DNA of 64,000 bases from Eubacteriales bacterium (lineage in GTDB: Bacteria > Bacillota > Clostridia > Lachnospirales > Lachnospiraceae). Made by a program: the position numbers and the translations under genes. The notes beneath the pieces were generated by a model that did no database searches, was not told the origin of the DNA, and saw nothing but the letters and a program-made list of their open reading frames with translations. The DNA is taken from assembly GCA_030539395.1 (NCBI GenBank), contig JAUNSC010000012.1, positions 10,390 through 74,389 on the forward strand, in the 5' to 3' direction. Shown here piece after piece: positions 1-8,652 of the stretch (the first letter of the stretch is position 1; each line of letters starts with the position of its first letter).

Positions 1-843
1 AAGTGCTCCGCCGCTATTACCGAAATTAATAGCCGCGTCCGTCTGGATCATATTATTTGTAACAGTGCCATTTGACGCTGATACTGTAACCTCCCGGTCA
101 AGGGCACTGATAATACCGAAAGTAACGGACTGTCCATAACCAAGTGAATTTCCGATAGCAATAGCCCATTCGCCAACCTCAACACTGTCTGAATCTCCCA
201 TCTGAACAATGCCAATCTTACTTGCCACTTCATCTGAGATATCCTCCAGTTTTACTGCGATGACCGCAAGGTCAAGAGAAGAATCCGTTCCCTTTACCTG
301 CGCAGACACAAGTTTTTCTTCCTCATCCTTCTCATCATCCATATCAACAGTAAAACACACTGTCAAATCCTCTGCACCTTCTACCACATGATTGTTTGTG
401 GCGATCAAAAGTTCACTGTCACTTTTGGCAACAATAATTCCCGAACCGCTGCTCTCTACATCCTGTTCATAAGAGCGTCCGAAAAAGTCAATTTCTTCCA
501 CACCGACATTTGTAATCGCAACAATAGCGGGCATCACATCATGCGCCACCTTCTTTATATTCGGAAGACTCTCGGCTGCCTCCTCCTGAACCGGAATCTC
601 ATCAATCTCTTTTTCGTCATCTTCCTCTATAATCTGCTGAGTATCTTCCGCCTCTGTTTCTTCTTCCGCCGTGCTTCCCAGTCTGACCCCGGCATCAAGA
701 TCAATCGAAGAATCCAGAGTGATGCGTTCCTGATCACCGTTTGTTTTCTTATCTTCTGCATTTTCTAACCCATACGCTGTGGCTCCCAGCAATCCCGCCG
801 CAAGAATGGCCGCGCAAATGCCGGCTCCTCTTTTCTTCCACAT
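1..843 (-). CDS. htrA: HtrA/DegP-family (S1C) trypsin-like serine protease, N-terminal 281 aa; the 3' end runs off the window start
   Basis: Absent from the ORF track because it has no stop codon inside the window. The reverse complement of 1-843 is one open frame starting at ATG 843-841, with AGGAGGG 6 nt upstream. It reads MWKKRGAGICAAILAAGLLGA (signal anchor), then TNNHVV (His), DLAVI (Asp) and, at the window edge, IQTDAAINFGNSGGAL (catalytic Ser motif). Confidence 0.85.
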   Translation of the reverse strand, partial: MWKKRGAGICAAILAAGLLGATAYGLENAEDKKTNGDQERITLDSSIDLDAGVRLGSTAEEETEAEDTQQIIEEDDEKEIDEIPVQEEAAESLPNIKKVAHDVMPAIVAITNVGVEEIDFFGRSYEQDVESSGSGIIVAKSDSELLIATNNHVVEGAEDLTVCFTVDMDDEKDEEEKLVSAQVKGTDSSLDLAVIAVKLEDISDEVASKIGIVQMGDSDSVEVGEWAIAIGNSLGYGQSVTFGIISALDREVTVSASNGTVTNNMIQTDAAINFGNSGGAL

Positions 844-914
844 AAAAATCCCTCCTGATCACTTTGTATAAACCTATCATATCAGTCATTTGTGTTCAAT
901 TTGTGACAACATGT

Positions 915-1871
915 TTAAAACTTTTTGTTTTTCCAAAACTTTTTGTTCATAGAACATTTCAAAATAAGATTTTGCGGAAGTTTCCGATAATTCTTCCCCA
1001 TAAGATAACCTGTATATTTACATCCGCTCTGCCATATCAGTTTTGGGATGAGATAAAATTTCCCGTTTTTACATAACCACACTGCTGTGCCTTTTACAAG
1101 GCGCAAACCTTCGCCCTCAGACGGTATATCTGCGAAAATTTCTGCATTCTGAGCCTGAGAAACCGCCATGTCAAAATTTCTGTGAAATTGTTGTATACCG
1201 CTATAATTGTGGGAATGGATCACTTTTGCATCTGCTTCATATGCAACTTTATATCCGTTTCGGATCAGCTCCGCTGCAAAAACCATATCTTCATTAAAAA
1301 TAGCCTTCTTTATAAAACCGCCAAGTTTTTCATATACCGCTCTGTCATATGCAGCGCAGACATTAGAGCAAAAATATGTCTTTATCCCCAAACGCGGTAA
1401 ATCCTCTGCTGATTTTATCAAACTGTCTTTTCCATAATTAAATTCCCGGGTGTATTTTTCCAAAATGCCGCAATCCTTTTCCGGAAGCTGTCTGGCATAA
1501 ACCGCCGCAACATTTTCTTCTTTTTCAAATGCTCCCAGAAGATTTTCCACCAAATATCTGTCAGCAGGCATTGCATCCTGCGTCATAAACAAAAGCGTAT
1601 CTGCCCGGGACATCGCCGCTGCAGCCGCTCTCGTTCCCCCATGGTCAAATTCTTCCTGCCTGATATGGTGGACCTCAAAATATATACCGCACTCATCTGT
1701 CATTCTCTCGAGATCCGTTTTGTCAAAAGATGCCTTTTCCCACCACTCCTGCTCTGTATTCATGATCAGAATTTTAGCAGGCAGAACTGTCTGACGACAA
1801 AGTCTTTCCACAAGCATCTGAAATTTCTTATCCGGTTTAAATGTTGGAATAATCACATCTACAGTCCGCAT
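915..1871 (-). CDS. Family-2 glycosyltransferase (GT-A), possibly a rhamnosyltransferase
   Basis: 318-aa ORF. The N-terminus VDVIIPTFKPDKKF is a typical GT2 start. Also FDHGGTR and the acceptor-side region FMTQDAMP. It is the last gene of the rhamnan-type operon. Confidence 0.75.
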   Translation of the reverse strand: MRTVDVIIPTFKPDKKFQMLVERLCRQTVLPAKILIMNTEQEWWEKASFDKTDLERMTDECGIYFEVHHIRQEEFDHGGTRAAAAAMSRADTLLFMTQDAMPADRYLVENLLGAFEKEENVAAVYARQLPEKDCGILEKYTREFNYGKDSLIKSAEDLPRLGIKTYFCSNVCAAYDRAVYEKLGGFIKKAIFNEDMVFAAELIRNGYKVAYEADAKVIHSHNYSGIQQFHRNFDMAVSQAQNAEIFADIPSEGEGLRLVKGTAVWLCKNGKFYLIPKLIWQSGCKYTGYLMGKNYRKLPQNLILKCSMNKKFWKNKKF

Positions 1872-1923
1872 CGCTTAACTCCTTTTAAAAAGGGACTGAC
1901 TGATTGTCAATCCCTTTTCTGCA

Positions 1924-3183
1924 TTAATAAACTCCTGTATTATTCGCAATCGTATTACTGATTTCCTGTACTGTTGCTGTCGGTTCATATCCCTGACTTC
2001 CAAACAGATAATCATGCAGCTGTGATACATTCGCTGCCAGATTAACCGGAACAACAATATCACCCTGTAATTGTACTGCCTCTTTTTCAAACGGGAAACC
2101 TGTTGTTCCCACCAGTTTGTATGATGCAATATCTTTTGCAAGACTCAGAATTTCTGTCTGCGTCAGATTTGTGCTTACATACGGCAGAAGGTCCTGCACC
2201 AGATTTGTTAATGATACGATATCCATTTTCTGCACCTTTCCAAGAATCTGCTCAAGAACTACACGCTGACGCTGCGCACGTTCATAGTCAAGGCCCGGAT
2301 GCTCATCATCTATCGGAACAGTATAACGGATACGGCAGTAAGACAATGCCTGCAGACCATTTAATGTCTGAAGTCCCGTATCATATACCGGTATTATTTC
2401 TTTTCCGGTAATTTCAGAGCCTTCTACCTGGTAATTGTTCAGATGAGTAATTTCATCTTCACGCACATCAATTTCTACTCCGCCGATCGAATCAACGACT
2501 TCTGCAAGAACATCCATATTTACTGTCAGGAAATTCGTAATATCAAGGTCCAGGTTCTTATTCAGCATATTGATGGAGCGCTCCGGTCCGCCCATAAGAT
2601 AGCACTCCGTCGCTTTCCTGTAATCGCCGTTTGTATTGTCAAGATAGGTATCACGGTATACAGATACCAGTTTTACTTCTTTTGTATCTTTATTGATACT
2701 TGCAACCATAATAGCATCACTCAGAGCAGATGTCGTACTTCCCTCACGTGAATCCACGCCATACAATGCAATATTCCAATAACCCTTCAGCTTCTGCACA
2801 ACCTGTTCCGGCAGCTGTTCCTGAACCTGCTGTTCAATTTTCTGTTCTTCAATATCCACTTTTTCCACTTTAGAGAGCTGTGCTGCCACATAAAGAACAA
2901 CCGCAAGTACAGCCAAAAAAATTACTTCAATTACAAAAAGAATTACTTTTCTTGCCGTTTTCTTTTTCTTCTTTTTTACCGGTGCCTGATGATACGGCTG
3001 CTGGTAATACGGCTGTCCGCCATTCATCGGCTGCTGATAATATTGCTGCTGGCCATTTCCCGGCTGACCCGTCTGCTGCTGATAATACGGCTGCTGGCCG
3101 TTCATCGGCTGGCCCATCTGCCGCTGGTCGTTCACCATTCTATTACTTCTCCTCGTTTCACGATCCTCTCTCTTCTGCGCCAT
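1924..3183 (-). CDS. LytR-CpsA-Psr (LCP) family glycopolymer-peptidoglycan ligase with a Q/P/Y-rich cytoplasmic tail
   Basis: 419 aa. Layout is a low-complexity N-terminus, a KKKKKK stop-transfer, one TM (VILFVIEVIFLAVLAVVLYVAA), then LCP-like motifs IALYGVDSREG, SDAIMVASINKDTKEVKLVSVYRDTYL and LSYCRIRY. SD AAGAGGAA lies upstream of the ATG. Confidence 0.85.
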   Translation of the reverse strand: MAQKREDRETRRSNRMVNDQRQMGQPMNGQQPYYQQQTGQPGNGQQQYYQQPMNGGQPYYQQPYHQAPVKKKKKKTARKVILFVIEVIFLAVLAVVLYVAAQLSKVEKVDIEEQKIEQQVQEQLPEQVVQKLKGYWNIALYGVDSREGSTTSALSDAIMVASINKDTKEVKLVSVYRDTYLDNTNGDYRKATECYLMGGPERSINMLNKNLDLDITNFLTVNMDVLAEVVDSIGGVEIDVREDEITHLNNYQVEGSEITGKEIIPVYDTGLQTLNGLQALSYCRIRYTVPIDDEHPGLDYERAQRQRVVLEQILGKVQKMDIVSLTNLVQDLLPYVSTNLTQTEILSLAKDIASYKLVGTTGFPFEKEAVQLQGDIVVPVNLAANVSQLHDYLFGSQGYEPTATVQEISNTIANNTGVY

Positions 3184-3200
3184 AATATTCCTCTTTTCCC

Positions 3201-4616
3201 TTAGTATGCATTCTTATTTACAAATCCCTTGAACACTGTCAAAAACAAAATCTTTATATCCAGTCCCAGCGTCCAATTCTCAATATAGTACAAATCATAA
3301 TCAATTCTGCGGCGGATAGAAGTATCACCCCGATACCCATTCACCTGCGCCCATCCGGTCATTCCCGGACGCACCTGATGTTTTACCATATATCTGGGAA
3401 TGTCCTCTCTGAATTTCTCAACAAACTGAGGACGCTCCGGCCTTGGCCCAATCAGACTCATATCTCCCTTCAGCACATTTACAAGCTGTGGCAGTTCATC
3501 TATGCTTGTCCTTCTTAAAAATTTACCGACGCCTGTCACCCTTGGGTCATTTTTCGTCGTCCAGCCTGCCCGTTCCCTGGATTTCTTCTGCACCTCCATA
3601 GAACGGAACTTATACATTATAAACGGCTTATTGTGAATGCCCACACGTTCCTGTTTAAAAATCAGCGGTCCCGGTGATGTCAATTTGATCAGAATTGCCG
3701 CAGTCAGCATGACCGGTGAAAAAATCACCAGACAGACAAGCGAACCTGCAATATCCATCATTCTTTTTATAATCGAATTGAATGTGTTTGACAATGGTAC
3801 ATAGCGGATATTGATTACCGGCAGCCCCATCAGATCCTCTGTATATGGTTTTGTAGGAATAATATTTCCATAATCCGGAATAAACTTAGTGTGCACTCCC
3901 GATTTTTCGCATTGCGCCACAATATGCTCAAGTTTATAATATTCACTCAGCCCCAGCGTAATCGCAATTTCATCCAGCATATTAACAGATAAAATCTGAA
4001 ACAGGTCATCTGTCCTTCCAATAATGGGAACCCCCCTGTATACGGTTGTCCGTTCCACATTATCATCCAAAATTCCATGCACTTTATAGCCCCACTGCGG
4101 ATTCTCAATAATGCGGTCAATATACTCCTGTGCCGCGTGACCATATCCCACCAGAATGATGTGCTTCAGATTCATTCCTCTTCTGCGGATATCGATCAGC
4201 GCCCTGCGGATCATCATTCTTACAATCAGGTCAATCGCTACATTCAATCCGAAAAATGTAAAAATAACACCTCGGGAAAAGTCGCCGCCTCCAAATTTGA
4301 AAAGCGTAATGACCGCCATGAACAATACAATGCCCAGCAAATTCGCCTTTATGACATTACCGTATTCCAGACGCCTTCCCTGCACTCTTTTTGGTGTATA
4401 AAGATTAAACGCATAGTACAGCAGAATCATTCCCGGAATAAGCGGCACCAGAACCAGCATATATACCGGCATAGGAAGGACACCTTTACCGGCCGGCGTG
4501 AGTAATTTTATCTGAATAAACCATGCCAGCACATAACTGCCGGCAACAATCAAAGCATCTATCAGGACGTGTAATCGATTAAAATATTTCTGATTATCTT
4601 TAATCAATTTTTTCAC
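3201..4616 (-). CDS. Polyprenyl-phosphate glycosylphosphotransferase (large PGT, WbaP/CpsE/WcaJ/EpaR-like initiating sugar transferase)
   Basis: 471 aa. It has N-terminal TM helices, a central Rossmann-like region ([12 protein letters not shown]), and a C-terminal bacterial sugar-transferase domain with [29 protein letters not shown] and [10 protein letters not shown]. The start is GTG at 4616; a TTG 9 nt downstream is an alternative. Confidence 0.85.
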   Translation of the reverse strand: MKKLIKDNQKYFNRLHVLIDALIVAGSYVLAWFIQIKLLTPAGKGVLPMPVYMLVLVPLIPGMILLYYAFNLYTPKRVQGRRLEYGNVIKANLLGIVLFMAVITLFKFGGGDFSRGVIFTFFGLNVAIDLIVRMMIRRALIDIRRRGMNLKHIILVGYGHAAQEYIDRIIENPQWGYKVHGILDDNVERTTVYRGVPIIGRTDDLFQILSVNMLDEIAITLGLSEYYKLEHIVAQCEKSGVHTKFIPDYGNIIPTKPYTEDLMGLPVINIRYVPLSNTFNSIIKRMMDIAGSLVCLVIFSPVMLTAAILIKLTSPGPLIFKQERVGIHNKPFIMYKFRSMEVQKKSRERAGWTTKNDPRVTGVGKFLRRTSIDELPQLVNVLKGDMSLIGPRPERPQFVEKFREDIPRYMVKHQVRPGMTGWAQVNGYRGDTSIRRRIDYDLYYIENWTLGLDIKILFLTVFKGFVNKNAY

Positions 4617-4695
4617 CCCTTATGTTGACTATACCTTTTACATAATACACTGCGAACCCCAAAAAAGCAACCACAGTTTGCAAAATATTACAAAT

Positions 4696-5649
4696 TTATT
4701 GATTTTTTCTTAATAAAAGAAAAAGGTTTTTCCACAGCTGCAGCTGGATACTCCAGCAGTTATCAAGGTTCTCCGGCAGGAAAGACACCTTCTCCCCCGC
4801 TCTTGCGAGAAGTACACCTTTCCACAGGCCTTTAATATAAACAGGCCCCATGCCTTTTACTGAAAAAAACAAAAACTTTATCAGCCAGCCGATCACCAGA
4901 AACGGCAGATTTATCACTATCTGCCAATATGGCATATTTTTATAAATCATGTATACATTATTTTTTGCAGAATGCTCCACTTTAAAACGGTTATATCTGG
5001 AACCTGTTGCCCCGCTGCCCTTATGGTAAACAGTCGCATCCGGAACAAACCGGTTTTGATATCCCGCAATTCTTGCCCGGTAGCCAATATCCACATCCTC
5101 AAGATAAGCAAAATGTGCCTCATCAAAATACCCGATTTTCTCAAAAACATCCCTTCGATATATAGCTGCTCCGCCACAGGATGAAAAAATCTCATCCGCT
5201 TTGCTGCAGCTTGTTCCCAGACAGTCTTTGCCCCGGGCTCTCTGCCATCCGAGGGCACAATAAAAATCCCCGGCGCTGTCAATAAGATCCGGTTTATCCA
5301 TCTGCATCATCTTAGCCTGACATGAGAATATTTTTTCATCCTGTTGTATGGCATTCAGCAGATTTTCCACAAATCCCACTGCTGCTTTTGTATCGTTATT
5401 AAGCAGGATAACAAACTCTGCATCACAGCTTTTAATGCCTTCATTTACAGCTTTACAGAAACCATAATTCTTATCCAGACAGATCAGCTCCACTTCCGGA
5501 TAATATTTCTTTACAAATTCCACGCTGCCATCTGTTGATCCGTTGTCCACCATAATAACCGGATATTTCTGTACTTCCAGCGAACCCAGGCACGCCTCAA
5601 GATATGCCATCCCATTCAGGTTCGGTATCACTACCGCCACTTTTCTCAT
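4696..5649 (-). CDS. Family-2 glycosyltransferase, WbbL-like (putative rhamnosyltransferase)
   Basis: 317 aa. Motifs VAVVIPNLNG, VDNGSTDGS, NYGFCKAVNEGI, LLNNDT and YLEDVDIGYRARIAGY match the GT2 'rhamnosyltransferase' subfamily pattern. Confidence 0.75.
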   Translation of the reverse strand: MRKVAVVIPNLNGMAYLEACLGSLEVQKYPVIMVDNGSTDGSVEFVKKYYPEVELICLDKNYGFCKAVNEGIKSCDAEFVILLNNDTKAAVGFVENLLNAIQQDEKIFSCQAKMMQMDKPDLIDSAGDFYCALGWQRARGKDCLGTSCSKADEIFSSCGGAAIYRRDVFEKIGYFDEAHFAYLEDVDIGYRARIAGYQNRFVPDATVYHKGSGATGSRYNRFKVEHSAKNNVYMIYKNMPYWQIVINLPFLVIGWLIKFLFFSVKGMGPVYIKGLWKGVLLARAGEKVSFLPENLDNCWSIQLQLWKNLFLLLRKNQ

Positions 5650-5662
5650 ACTTATACCTCAA

Positions 5663-7519
5663 TTATTGTTTCAACTCATACTTCCACGTCTTTAAAGAAA
5701 AATTGGGATTGTAATAAGGGTCTCCCTCTTTTAAAACTTTTATCCAGCGCTTACGCATGAACTCTATTTCATTTTGAAATCTGCGGATTTTCTCCTTTGT
5801 GTCCTCTGCACCTCTTGAACGTGATTCATGATGATACATTTCCGTATAAGGATCATAAACCACAAGATAACCCTTTTCTCTTACACGGAGGCAAAAGTCC
5901 ACATCATTAAACGCGACAGCAAGTGATGCGTCCATTCCTCCCACTTCTTCATATATACATTTCCTGATCATCATACATGCAGCCGTGACAGCGCTCAAAT
6001 CCTGAATCAGGGCCGCCTTGTGCATATATCCGCTCTGAACTCCCGGCATTCCTGTAAAAAGACTGCCGGCAATTCCGCCAATGCCGATAACAATACCTGC
6101 ATGCTGAATAGTTCCATCCGGATAATAAAGCCGCGCCCCCACAGCTGCAGTCCCCGGCCGCTGGCAAATTCCAAGAAACTCCTCTATCCATCCCGGCGTG
6201 ATAACAGTGATATCATTATTCAAAAGAACAATGTACTCCCCTTCCGATTTTTCCACTCCGAAATTGTTGATCTCCGGATAATTAAATCCCCTGCCCGGCC
6301 ATTTTACGATCTTCAGCTTCTTTCCATTTTTGCGGGCCTTTGCCATTGCCCGCTCATAATATTTAAATGTAGACGGATCTTCACTGTTATTTTCCACCAC
6401 AATAATCTCATAATTCTGGTAAGTCGTTTTTTCCCATACAGACTCAAGACATGCCTGCAGTTCTTCTTTATGATCCTTATTAGGAATCACCAGAGATACC
6501 AGCGGCTGTCCCTGCGGTTTATAGATAACCCGGTAAAACCCGGGGTCCTTTAATCTCTCCACCTGCCCCGGAAGCCCACATCTTTCAAGATGCGCCTCTA
6601 TTGCACATTTTCCGGCCTCGTAAGCATAATCTTTGCTGAAAGGATTATCTGCCGTAGACGAAGAATGGACTCTCCAGTGGTACAATACTTTCGGAACATG
6701 CACGATTTCTTCTGCCATTTCTGTACAGCGCAAAATGAAATCATAGTCCTGAGCGCCGTCAAATTTTTCATCCAAAAATCCGGCCCGGTCCGCCAGCGTC
6801 CGGCTTACACACAGAAAATGACAAATATAATTATTTGACCTCAGCAGATCCGGATTAAAATCCGGTTTAAAATGAGGCTGAAAATATTCTGCTTCATCTG
6901 CCGAAATTTTATCTTCATCACTGTAAAACATGTCCGCACCCGGACATGTCTTTGAAGCCTGTGCCAGTTCATACAATGCATCCGGTGAAAGAAGATCATC
7001 ATGATCCAGAAAACACAGATATTCCCCGGATGCCATACGGATGGCATAATTGGTATTCCGGGATATGCCGTCATTTGACTTCAGGACGCAATATTTTATC
7101 CTGTCGTCTTTTTTCTGATATTCCCGGACAACGGCTGTAAGAGACGTTTCTTCTCTTCCCGCTTCACAGGGGCTGGCATCCGCCAGGCACAATTCCCAGC
7201 CATCATATGTCTGGCTGCACACTGACTCAATCATGCGGCGCAAAAAATTCTCCGGTGTTTTATAAAGCGGCACTACAATACTGTAAATCTTTTTATTCTC
7301 CGGTTTCCAGCCTCGCTGCCTGCCCAGTTCTTCTTCTGAAGGCAAATGCTGCAGCCTCCACTGGTCATAACTGATCTCAGAATATTCAAAACGATCTGTC
7401 AGTTTCGCAATAAATCCTTTAAGCCCAAAATGGCGCAGATATAACACAGCTTTCTTTAAATTATAGGGGGACAGATGCCCCAGCATTCTGCCCCAGTCCA
7501 ATTTTGTATGTTTTTTCAT
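5663..7519 (-). CDS. Dual-domain GT2 glycosyltransferase (shortest of three paralogues); candidate rhamnan polymerising enzyme
   Basis: 618 aa. GT2 domain 1 starts SIVVPLYKTPENFLRRMIESVCSQTYDGWELCLADAS with FLDHDD. GT2 domain 2 starts LVSLVIPNKDH with LLNNDI and AFNDVDFCLR. The C-terminus is GDPYYNPNFSLK. It overlaps the upstream gene by 4 nt. Confidence 0.8.
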   Translation of the reverse strand: MKKHTKLDWGRMLGHLSPYNLKKAVLYLRHFGLKGFIAKLTDRFEYSEISYDQWRLQHLPSEEELGRQRGWKPENKKIYSIVVPLYKTPENFLRRMIESVCSQTYDGWELCLADASPCEAGREETSLTAVVREYQKKDDRIKYCVLKSNDGISRNTNYAIRMASGEYLCFLDHDDLLSPDALYELAQASKTCPGADMFYSDEDKISADEAEYFQPHFKPDFNPDLLRSNNYICHFLCVSRTLADRAGFLDEKFDGAQDYDFILRCTEMAEEIVHVPKVLYHWRVHSSSTADNPFSKDYAYEAGKCAIEAHLERCGLPGQVERLKDPGFYRVIYKPQGQPLVSLVIPNKDHKEELQACLESVWEKTTYQNYEIIVVENNSEDPSTFKYYERAMAKARKNGKKLKIVKWPGRGFNYPEINNFGVEKSEGEYIVLLNNDITVITPGWIEEFLGICQRPGTAAVGARLYYPDGTIQHAGIVIGIGGIAGSLFTGMPGVQSGYMHKAALIQDLSAVTAACMMIRKCIYEEVGGMDASLAVAFNDVDFCLRVREKGYLVVYDPYTEMYHHESRSRGAEDTKEKIRRFQNEIEFMRKRWIKVLKEGDPYYNPNFSLKTWKYELKQ

Positions 7520-8652
7520 TTTGTCATCCCGAAGAATCCATATGCTGCCTGAACAACCTTCTCATATTTTTCCGGTGTCAGCTGATAGAACATTGGAAGA
7601 CGTACAAGGCGTTCACTCTCTTTTGTTGTATATCTGTCTTCCCCATGGAAATATCCGAACTTTTTACCTGCAGCAGCAGAATGAAGAGGGATATAGTGGA
7701 ATACAGTTCCTACGCCATGTCCTTTCATATATGCAATAAATTTGCTTCTCTCTTCCAGGTCTTTCAGTTTTATATAGTACATATGTGCATTATGTGTTGC
7801 ATAATCCGGCACAAACGGTCTTTCGATCAGTCCTGCTTCCTGCAGCGGAGCAAGGGCTTCATGATAATAATTCCATATCTGCATACGCTTATCATTTATC
7901 TCTTTCATGCATTCCAGCTGAGCATACAGATATGCTGCATTCAGCTCACTGGGAAGATAAGATGAACCAAAATCCACCCAGGTGTATTTATCTACCTGTC
8001 CCCGGAAGAAACGGCTCCGGTCGGTTCCCTTTTCACGGAGAATTTCCGCACTGTCCCGATATTTCTCATCATTGAATAACAGTGCGCCGCCTTCACCCAT
8101 GCTGTAATTTTTCGTTTCATGAAAGCTGTAACATCCAAAGTCACCGATGGTTCCCAGCGCTTTTCCCTTATAATAAGCATTTACTCCCTGGGCCGCATCT
8201 TCCACAACTTTCAGATTATATTTTTTGGCAATTGCCATAATCGTATCCATCTCACACCCTACGCCTGCATAGTGAACCGGCGCAATGACTCTTGTTTTTT
8301 CCGTGATGGCATCTTCAATCAGTTTCTCATCGATATTCATGGTGTCCGGACGGATATCAACGAACACAATCCTGGCTCCTCTCAGGACAAATGCATCTGC
8401 CGTAGAAACAAATGTATAGGATGGCATGATTACCTCGTCCCCCGGCTGTATATCTGAAAGATAAGCCGCCATTTCCAGAGCATGTGTACAGGAAGTGGTC
8501 AGATAAACATGGTTCACATCAAAAGCTTCCTGCATCAGCGCAGAACACTTTTTTGTAAACGGTCCATCACCGCATAAACGGTTCCCTTCAATCGCCTGTT
8601 TTATATATTCCAGTTCTTTACCCACATATGCGGCTCTGTTAAACTCTATCAT
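7516..8652 (-). CDS. wecE: dTDP-4-amino-4,6-dideoxyhexose (Fuc4N/Qui4N) aminotransferase, DegT/DnrJ/EryC1 family, WecE-like
   Basis: 378 aa. Long stretches match my recollection of E. coli WecE: KLCGDGPFTKKC, GDEVIMPSYTFVSTADAFVLRGARIVFVDIRPDTMNIDE, KTRVIAPVHYAGVGCEMDTIMAIAKK, SFHETKNY (PLP Lys), DKYTWVDFGSSYL and HGEDRYTTKESERLVRLP. Confidence 0.85.
   Translation of the reverse strand: MIEFNRAAYVGKELEYIKQAIEGNRLCGDGPFTKKCSALMQEAFDVNHVYLTTSCTHALEMAAYLSDIQPGDEVIMPSYTFVSTADAFVLRGARIVFVDIRPDTMNIDEKLIEDAITEKTRVIAPVHYAGVGCEMDTIMAIAKKYNLKVVEDAAQGVNAYYKGKALGTIGDFGCYSFHETKNYSMGEGGALLFNDEKYRDSAEILREKGTDRSRFFRGQVDKYTWVDFGSSYLPSELNAAYLYAQLECMKEINDKRMQIWNYYHEALAPLQEAGLIERPFVPDYATHNAHMYYIKLKDLEERSKFIAYMKGHGVGTVFHYIPLHSAAAGKKFGYFHGEDRYTTKESERLVRLPMFYQLTPEKYEKVVQAAYGFFGMTK

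Noticed and set aside
209-768. Plus-strand ORFs of 60 and 126 aa (209-391, 388-768) and a minus-strand 61-aa ORF (48-233) from the track
   Set aside because: They lie antisense to, or out of frame within, a continuous minus-strand frame (1-843) with unmistakable HtrA motifs ending in GNSGGAL. Their translations are low-complexity (S-, F- and L-rich) shadow products.
4617-4695. A small hairpin GCAAACTGTGGTTGC followed by TTTTTT on the minus strand (about 4666-4680), as an internal terminator between the WbbL-like GT2 and the PGT gene
   Set aside because: The stem is only 4-5 bp with weak GC content. It may attenuate transcription slightly, but it is too weak to call a terminator without an energy calculation or transcript data.
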